Source of the DNA: an uncultured virus (IMG/VR IMGVR_UViG_3300042881_004430)
Taxonomy: Duplodnaviria > Heunggongvirae > Uroviricota > Caudoviricetes
Reading direction: 5' to 3' (one strand)
Virus record (IMG/VR): IMGVR_UViG_3300042881_004430
Location: 51,211-71,210 of that record
DNA: 20,000 nt
The notes below the pieces were generated by a model that was not told the origin of the DNA, made no database searches, and saw only the letters and a program-made list of their open reading frames with translations. Below are positions 14,584 to 20,000 of this stretch, one piece after another (positions within the stretch are counted from its first letter, which is position 1; each line of letters starts with the position of its first letter). The translations under genes and the position numbers were made by a program.

Positions 14584-15605
14584 CTAAATTAAGTTTATCT
14601 TCCTCTTTTGAATTTGAATCTGGTTATCAGACTTTATTAGATACAGTTTTAGAAGAATTTCCTAAGCACGACTGCCTAGTAAAGCCAAGATCATTCTCAA
14701 ATGACGTAGGTAAATATGAAAAATATTTTGAGAACTTTCCTCAATTTAAAGAAGAAATTGATTTATTAATTTATCCCCCTTGTAATGAGTTAAATTTTTC
14801 TAATTTCATATTCTTTCTTAATCCTCATAAGAACAGAGTTCACTTCACGATGTGGGAAAGCACAAGGATCAACGATGTCTTCATCGAACAGATGAATAAC
14901 ATGACGGCGATCATCGTCCCTAACCAGTGGAATAAAGCAAATTTTGAGAGGCAAGGGTGCGAAACTCCTATTCATGTTGTTAATCTCTTTGTTGATACCG
15001 GAATATTTAATTATCAAGCTCCTGTAAATAAAGATAGATTTGTATTTGGAACTGCAAACAAAGATCCTCGCAAGAGATTAGAAGACGTTGTTAGATGTTT
15101 TAATAAAGCTTTTCCAGATAAGAAAGACGTTCAACTCAAGATAAAAATATCCCCTAAAGAAAGCTACGATAAAGTTTTTGCTTCTAACAAGATAGAAATT
15201 TGCAAAGAATCTTACACTAGACATCAATTGAAATCATGGTATTCTAACAACGATTGTTTTGTTTCTTGCGTAAGTGCAGAGGGTTGGGGTTTAATGCAGC
15301 ACGAAAGCATGGCTTGCGGAAGGCCAGTTATCGCTGCTAAGTACGCTGGACTTTCTGAGTTCATGACAGAAGATAATTCTTTTTGTATTAATTATAAAGA
15401 AGTTCCTGCGGAAGGCTATTGGAAAGCTCCCGGCGCAAAATGGTCAAAATATGATGAAGAACACTTGATAGAATCCATGAGGTTCGCCTATAATAACCCA
15501 AGCATCGTAGAAGCAAAGGGGAAAAGGGCAAGCGAGGACGCTTGTAGACTTAATAAGGAATTCTTTGTAGCAAACTTACTCAAAGTCATTGAAATTTACA
15601 AATGA
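14580..15605 (+). CDS. GT4 family glycosyltransferase
   Basis: SGY, FTMWEST, IIVPNQWN, DPRKR, EGWGLMQHESMACG (E-x7-E). The ATGA overlap gives a start at 14580. Confidence 0.9.
   Translation: MTKLSLSSSFEFESGYQTLLDTVLEEFPKHDCLVKPRSFSNDVGKYEKYFENFPQFKEEIDLLIYPPCNELNFSNFIFFLNPHKNRVHFTMWESTRINDVFIEQMNNMTAIIVPNQWNKANFERQGCETPIHVVNLFVDTGIFNYQAPVNKDRFVFGTANKDPRKRLEDVVRCFNKAFPDKKDVQLKIKISPKESYDKVFASNKIEICKESYTRHQLKSWYSNNDCFVSCVSAEGWGLMQHESMACGRPVIAAKYAGLSEFMTEDNSFCINYKEVPAEGYWKAPGAKWSKYDEEHLIESMRFAYNNPSIVEAKGKRASEDACRLNKEFFVANLLKVIEIYK
15465..15494 (+). promoter_or_regulatory. internal sigma70-type promoter in the GT4 3' end
   Basis: TTGATA-N18-TATAAT, about 108 nt upstream of ATG15602. Confidence 0.45.
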
Positions 15606-15823
15606 AAGCAATCCTAGAATTTAATCTGCCAGAGGAAGAAAGAGAATACCAAATAGCAAATCAAGCCAAAGATATGCTTTGTGTAATTGGTAATTTAGAA
15701 GATACTTTACGGAGTTATTTGAAATACGGGCATACATTTAAAACTCCAGAAGAAGCCCTTCAAGCTATTCGCACTCGCTTGCATGAAGAAGTTTCTATTA
15801 GATATATAAATATCCACGATTAA
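15602..15823 (+). CDS. conserved phage hypothetical protein (MKAILEFNLPEE type)
   Basis: N-terminus recognisable from a widespread small phage protein family; ATGA overlap. Confidence 0.75.
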   Translation: MKAILEFNLPEEEREYQIANQAKDMLCVIGNLEDTLRSYLKYGHTFKTPEEALQAIRTRLHEEVSIRYINIHD

Positions 15824-15824
15824 T

Positions 15825-16322
15825 ATGATAGAAATTGTTCCAACTCTTTCTCAGATTTCTCTTGCTAAAGAAGAAGCCAAGAAGATTGGAGTCCTTAATA
15901 ATTCTATCCTTAGCGGCAAAGGCAATGTGTATGGCGTACTTGGCGAAATACTTGTTGCTGATTACATTAAAGCAGATCGGTCTAATACTTATGACTTTGA
16001 CTTGGTAAGATCAGGCAGAACAGTAGATGTCAAAACAAAGCAATGTACAAGCAAGCCTAACCTTAATTATTACTGCACTGTTGCTGACTATAATACAAGT
16101 CAAGATTGTGAGGTTTATGGATTTGTTAGAATATTAAAAGACTTTAGTAAAGCTTGGATTCTCGGAGGCGTACTAAAAGAAGACTTTTATAACAAAGCCA
16201 TCTTCTATAAAAAAGGAGACCCAGATCCTAGCTCTCACATTGGTTTCAAATTTCAAGCAGATTGTTATAATATAGAAATTAAACACTTAAAGCCATTCAA
16301 ATTAAAAAATGAGAAAAGATAA
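15825..16322 (+). CDS. PD-(D/E)xK restriction-endonuclease-fold protein
   Basis: GVLGE...YDFD...VDVKTK motif arrangement. Confidence 0.6.
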   Translation: MIEIVPTLSQISLAKEEAKKIGVLNNSILSGKGNVYGVLGEILVADYIKADRSNTYDFDLVRSGRTVDVKTKQCTSKPNLNYYCTVADYNTSQDCEVYGFVRILKDFSKAWILGGVLKEDFYNKAIFYKKGDPDPSSHIGFKFQADCYNIEIKHLKPFKLKNEKR

Positions 16323-16419
16323 GCTTCAACAATTGTTTTGTCACCTTGTGCTTACATTTGGCGCAGGTTGCGTTTTGTTTTTGATACTTGTTTTTATTTT
16401 TGATTTATGGAACAGGTAG
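16309..16419 (+). CDS. 36-aa single-TM protein (not in ORF track)
   Basis: MRKDKLQQLFCHLVLTFGAGCVLFLILVFIFDLWNR*; fills the gap between neighbouring genes. Confidence 0.55.
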   Translation: MRKDKLQQLFCHLVLTFGAGCVLFLILVFIFDLWNR

Positions 16420-16431
16420 ATATAATACGGT

Positions 16432-16671
16432 ATGAGTTCATCATGCGTTACTGTTTCATATAACCTTAAGATTAAGGATCAAGAGTTCGTCTTGTCAAGA
16501 GACGAGGTTTATGATATTTATAACCAATTGCATAAAGTTCTTGGAATAGTAGAGCCAAGGACTTCGCCTAGTTATCCTTACCCAACATATCCATCTTATC
16601 CTAGTTATCCAACAGTTTTTTATACCGCTGGCACTAGCACTCCCAATAATCCTAACTGGAAATCATGCTAA
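16432..16671 (+). CDS. hypothetical protein with (S/T)YP repeats
   Basis: PSYPYPTYPSYPSYPT; TATAAT at 16421-16426 just upstream. Confidence 0.7.
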   Translation: MSSSCVTVSYNLKIKDQEFVLSRDEVYDIYNQLHKVLGIVEPRTSPSYPYPTYPSYPSYPTVFYTAGTSTPNNPNWKSC

Positions 16672-17243
16672 AGATTAAAATCTGGATGCGCGGGACCAAT
16701 GAGTACAACCGCGACACAATAGATGGCCCCACTCCTGACCAAACTCAAGAGCAATTTGAAGATGCTTTTAGAGATAGCGACGAGTGTTTTTGTGGTGGCG
16801 ATGTCTATGAGACTTGTCCTTATTTTAGTGCTGATGGTTATGATTCTATAGATGTTTATCTTGGCGGCAATGAACATATAGAAAATAATGAAGAACCTAT
16901 TTTCACAACCTCAGATTGGAGTCAATTTCAATTTGAAAAAGGTGGTGGCTGCAATTACATTCCCCAAGAGCCAGATGAAGTAGGCAAAGTAAATATCTGG
17001 TGGTATCATGATATGAAATTTAATTATATCTACTATTGGGAGAATGTTACAGAGTTTGATCCAAAGAAGTTAACCGTACAGTATGGCGTAGACCAAGATG
17101 GTCAAAAATATCTTGAAGAAGTCTACTATAATGGCGAAGCTCCTGATGATTATCATGATCATGGTGATACAGGCTATGGCTACACTGGGCCAGAATTCGT
17201 TTATCATCCAGAACAAAAATTTGCTGAAGAAGACGAAGACTGA
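16665..17243 (+). CDS. acidic, aromatic-rich hypothetical protein
   Basis: 192-aa ORF rich in Asp/Glu/Tyr/Gly. Confidence 0.75.
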   Translation: MLKIKIWMRGTNEYNRDTIDGPTPDQTQEQFEDAFRDSDECFCGGDVYETCPYFSADGYDSIDVYLGGNEHIENNEEPIFTTSDWSQFQFEKGGGCNYIPQEPDEVGKVNIWWYHDMKFNYIYYWENVTEFDPKKLTVQYGVDQDGQKYLEEVYYNGEAPDDYHDHGDTGYGYTGPEFVYHPEQKFAEEDED

Positions 17244-17249
17244 TATAAT

Positions 17250-17615
17250 ATGAGTATGAACCGCAAAGGATTTTTCAAGACTATATTTGGAGGCTTTTTG
17301 GCAGCAACTGCTGCCCCGGTAGTTCTTAAAGCCCAAGAAGAACCGCAAAAAAAAGACTTGACTCAAAGTCGAACACCGTTCACATTGAATGGAGATGGCA
17401 ATATTGGATTAGGAACTTCATGCCCAAAGATTCCATTAGTGGTATCTAGTATTGTCTTTCAGGTTGGAGAGAGGCAAATGAGAATGGGAGGAGATGAAAA
17501 AGGCGACTTTGAAATTAAATGGTTAGATGTCAAAGAAAATGAATCTTCTGCTGATATTGTAATTCATCAACCAAAGGATGATCCGTGGAAGAAAAATTTT
17601 ACTGTGATTCGCTAA
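17250..17615 (+). CDS. exported protein with Tat-like signal peptide
   Basis: MNRKGFFK + hydrophobic stretch + LKA cleavage-like site; internal GDGNIGLGTSCP. Confidence 0.6.
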   Translation: MSMNRKGFFKTIFGGFLAATAAPVVLKAQEEPQKKDLTQSRTPFTLNGDGNIGLGTSCPKIPLVVSSIVFQVGERQMRMGGDEKGDFEIKWLDVKENESSADIVIHQPKDDPWKKNFTVIR

Positions 17616-17800
17616 CTCCTGAAGAAATCAGTCAAGGTTGGCATCATTGTTATAGCTGGAATGGCAAGCTGATTGGTCCCGGCTTTCCTGAAATGAATAG
17701 CTGCGAATGCAAAGTCAATAAAGTAATTCACAATCAAATAAAGAAAAATGAAGTTAAGCTCTTACGGAAAGAAGATCTTGTTGGTTTCCGATCTTCATAA
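17585..17800 (+). CDS. small Cys/His-containing phage hypothetical protein
   Basis: LTPEEISQGWHHC..W...IGPG.PEM..CEC. Confidence 0.6.
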   Translation: MEEKFYCDSLTPEEISQGWHHCYSWNGKLIGPGFPEMNSCECKVNKVIHNQIKKNEVKLLRKEDLVGFRSS

Positions 17801-18518
17801 CAACGTTGAAAAGTTCGATAAAATTATTAAACATGAAGCGGCGGATGTTAATGTCTGTTTAGGAGATTGGTTTGATAGTTTTTATCTTGATAGTTCTGAT
17901 GACCATAAAAAGACTACTGATTATTTGATGCGGTATCTTTCTGCGTCAAATAGTTATACTCTTTTTGGCAATCATGATTTGCATTATCTATTTAATAATC
18001 ATTATGCAATGTGTAGTGGTTATGAAGATAGAAAGTATTTTGCTATCGATGAAATACTAGGGTCTGAGCGTCAAAATATTACTAATAAGTTCAAATGGCG
18101 AATCTGGGTTGATGATTTTCTTTGTACTCATGCTGGACTTTACCCTGATTACATAGACCCCACTGTTAAAAACAATGATGACCTAAATCTTTTTCTTGCA
18201 AAAGAAATAGAACGTGCGAACATTGCCTTAAGAACAGATCAAAATCATTGGTTTTATTATGCTGGTCGAAGCAGAGGTGGCCCCAAAAAAGGTGGAGGAA
18301 TTGTTTGGTTAGATTTTAAACAAGAGTTTCAGCCTATTGAAGGTTTAAAGCAAATTGTTGGTCATACTTATCATAAAAATGGTAGAGTTAACCCTCACCA
18401 TTTAGATGGCAACGTGAATCCCTCAGATTGCGATAATCTTTGTATTGACAATGGATTAAATGAGTATATAATAGTCAGCAACGGTAAGCTTGAAGTTAAA
18501 AAATTTTTAGATATATAA
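17748..18518 (+). CDS. calcineurin-like metallophosphoesterase
   Basis: SDLH, LGDWFD, GNHD, THAG and VGHT motifs in the canonical order. Confidence 0.9.
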   Translation: MKLSSYGKKILLVSDLHNNVEKFDKIIKHEAADVNVCLGDWFDSFYLDSSDDHKKTTDYLMRYLSASNSYTLFGNHDLHYLFNNHYAMCSGYEDRKYFAIDEILGSERQNITNKFKWRIWVDDFLCTHAGLYPDYIDPTVKNNDDLNLFLAKEIERANIALRTDQNHWFYYAGRSRGGPKKGGGIVWLDFKQEFQPIEGLKQIVGHTYHKNGRVNPHHLDGNVNPSDCDNLCIDNGLNEYIIVSNGKLEVKKFLDI

Positions 18519-18523
18519 ATAGT

Positions 18524-19279
18524 ATGAATTTATTTAAATTTTTAAAACAAAAACTGTTTTCTAAACCTCAAACAACAAAAGAAAAAATTGCAAAACCAAG
18601 TTCAACTGTAATATTAGTTCCTGTTGGGCATCACATTGAGCCATCGGTTGACGATTCTTTGCGTAAGCTAGAGTCTATGGGCTATACAGTATGGAGAAAG
18701 TATGGTTGGTCTGCAATTGATCAAGGGCGATGTGCAATGGCGCAAGAAGCACTTGATGCTGGATTTGAGCATTTATTTTGGATTGACGCAGATGTTTCAT
18801 TTTGGCCGTTCGATGTTGAAAAAATAATCAATTTAGGTCTTCCGTTTGTTTCTGCTCCGTATAGCGTAAAAGGCTGGCCTGTCTTAACTACGCAGTTTAA
18901 AGATAAAAAAGTCAAACTGGGAGAAAATGGTGACTTATATGAAGTAAATTATGCCGCTACAGGATTCATGTATACGCATCGTAGCGTATATGAGAAAATA
19001 GCTAAAGATTTAAACATGGAAAAAGTAAAAATTTGGGGAGGACAATATAATGTATACCCTTATTTTTATCCACTATTAGTTGACGGCGAATATCTTGGAG
19101 AAGATTTTGCATTTTGTCATCGACTAAAACTAGCGGGAATTAAATTATATAGTGACACGCGAATTAAGCTGTCCCACATAGGAAAATATTCATACAGTTA
19201 TAATTTTTTGAATTCAGGAATTAAAGAAGAGCCGACTACCGTAAATTACATTCAAAACGAAGATCTAAAATTTAGTTAA
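18524..19279 (+). CDS. GT-A fold (GT2-like) glycosyltransferase
   Basis: IDQGRC, LFWIDADV (DxD), ATGFM, LGEDFAFC, HIG. Confidence 0.8.
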   Translation: MNLFKFLKQKLFSKPQTTKEKIAKPSSTVILVPVGHHIEPSVDDSLRKLESMGYTVWRKYGWSAIDQGRCAMAQEALDAGFEHLFWIDADVSFWPFDVEKIINLGLPFVSAPYSVKGWPVLTTQFKDKKVKLGENGDLYEVNYAATGFMYTHRSVYEKIAKDLNMEKVKIWGGQYNVYPYFYPLLVDGEYLGEDFAFCHRLKLAGIKLYSDTRIKLSHIGKYSYSYNFLNSGIKEEPTTVNYIQNEDLKFS

Positions 19280-19280
19280 A

Positions 19281-19913
19281 ATGAACAATCATCAAAATAA
19301 AGTTGAGTTAATTGGTTACTATGGCAACGATCAAGTTCACGCTTGTTCAGCTTGGACCTCTACAAGCCGAGATTTAAATGAAGATAAAATCAATAGAATT
19401 CCTAAACTCCTTAAGATGCTCGCTGATGCAGGACATCATACTCCCTTTGAGAAGTCTGCTATTCATTTCTTGGTGGATACCGATATTGCTAGTCATATTC
19501 ATATTCTTAAGCACCGCATTGGTGTTCCTGTTAATGGTGAATCTGCTCGTTACAAAGAAATCAAAGAAGATAAGTATTTGATTCCTAGTGATTGGCCTGA
19601 AGATTGGCAGCTTGCTCTTGCTAATTATACAGAAGAAGGCAATAGACTTTATCATCAGTGTATTAAAAGTTTATGCGATAGAGGTTTTGATAGAAAGCGA
19701 GTAAAAGAATCTGCTCGTTTCTTTAAGAATTATAATTCTCAAATTCAAGCTGACGTAATGTTCAATTGGCGATCTTTCAATCACTTCTTGAGCTTGCGTA
19801 ACAAGCCTGACGCTCAAAAAGAGATTAGAGAAATTGCCGCCGAGATGTTGCGTCTAGTAAAGAATATTGAAGGTAATCCTTTCGAACATACAATTGCTGC
19901 ATTTGAACTATGA
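19281..19913 (+). CDS. thyX: flavin-dependent thymidylate synthase
   Basis: GHHTPFE, KHR-x8-SARY (variant of RHR-x7/8-S), NWRSF.HFL.LR, AQKEIR. Confidence 0.93.
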   Translation: MNNHQNKVELIGYYGNDQVHACSAWTSTSRDLNEDKINRIPKLLKMLADAGHHTPFEKSAIHFLVDTDIASHIHILKHRIGVPVNGESARYKEIKEDKYLIPSDWPEDWQLALANYTEEGNRLYHQCIKSLCDRGFDRKRVKESARFFKNYNSQIQADVMFNWRSFNHFLSLRNKPDAQKEIREIAAEMLRLVKNIEGNPFEHTIAAFEL

Positions 19914-20000
19914 TCACTGATTATAATCTATTTTTAGATGACGTAAGAATTCCAACTCATGTTAAATGGGTTGAAATTCCTGCAAATCAGCATTATTCTG
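19910..20000 (+). CDS. 3'-truncated ORF, cyclic-phosphate-processing receiver-like (cREC) domain
   Basis: ATGA overlap with thyX; MITDYNLFLDDVRIP matches the LFLDDxRxP start of that family. Confidence 0.6.
   Translation, partial: MITDYNLFLDDVRIPTHVKWVEIPANQHYS

Noticed and set aside
10913..18521. T4 late-promoter motif TATAAATA upstream of starts (10913, 15805, 18514)
   Set aside because: It also occurs mid-gene (13591) and at 4795. A few copies are expected by chance at this AT content, and no late sigma factor is visible in the window.
2227..19655. Many short antisense or alternate-frame ORFs (e.g. 2730-3119, 5906-6166, 8559-8807, 17070-17366, 19374-19655)
   Set aside because: They are shadows of well-supported + strand genes and have no motifs or start signals.
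1..20000. CRISPR array, rRNA, IS element, intron/intein, DGR or retron
   Set aside because: No regularly spaced repeats, transposase, reverse transcriptase or interrupted conserved genes were seen by eye.
1..20000. Stop-codon reassignment
   Set aside because: Long conserved genes (RuvB, rIIA, rIIB, GT4, ThyX) are intact in code 11 and coding density is already high.

Overview
A dense 20 kb segment, almost entirely + strand, of what looks like a large AT-rich dsDNA bacteriophage using genetic code 11. Gene order: truncated membrane protein, holin-like protein, two small ORFs missing from the track, a Zn deaminase with a C-x-E motif, an HNH nuclease, a small RGRP (AT-hook-like) protein, RuvB, a Cys-rich protein, an outer-membrane beta-barrel, tRNA-Gly(TCC) overlapped by an antisense homing-endonuclease-like gene, an FlbD-like protein, rIIA/rIIB with a 22-aa membrane peptide and a terminator, a six-gene glycosylation cassette (9122-15605), several small phage ORFs (one with a Tat-like signal), a metallophosphoesterase, another glycosyltransferase, thyX and the start of a cyclic-phosphate-processing receiver-like gene. 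Promoters are sigma70-like, Shine-Dalgarno sites are mostly absent, several mRNAs appear near-leaderless, and many genes are joined by TAA-N-ATG. The barrel, the Tat-like signal and the HNH subfamily suggest a diderm host, plausibly Verrucomicrobiota/PVC (inference). The most notable items are the glycosylation cassette with a shared accessory domain, the phage-encoded barrel, the atypical tRNA-Gly overlapped by a nuclease gene, and GC-rich islands around promoters. All family calls come from recognising motifs by eye; no searches were run.
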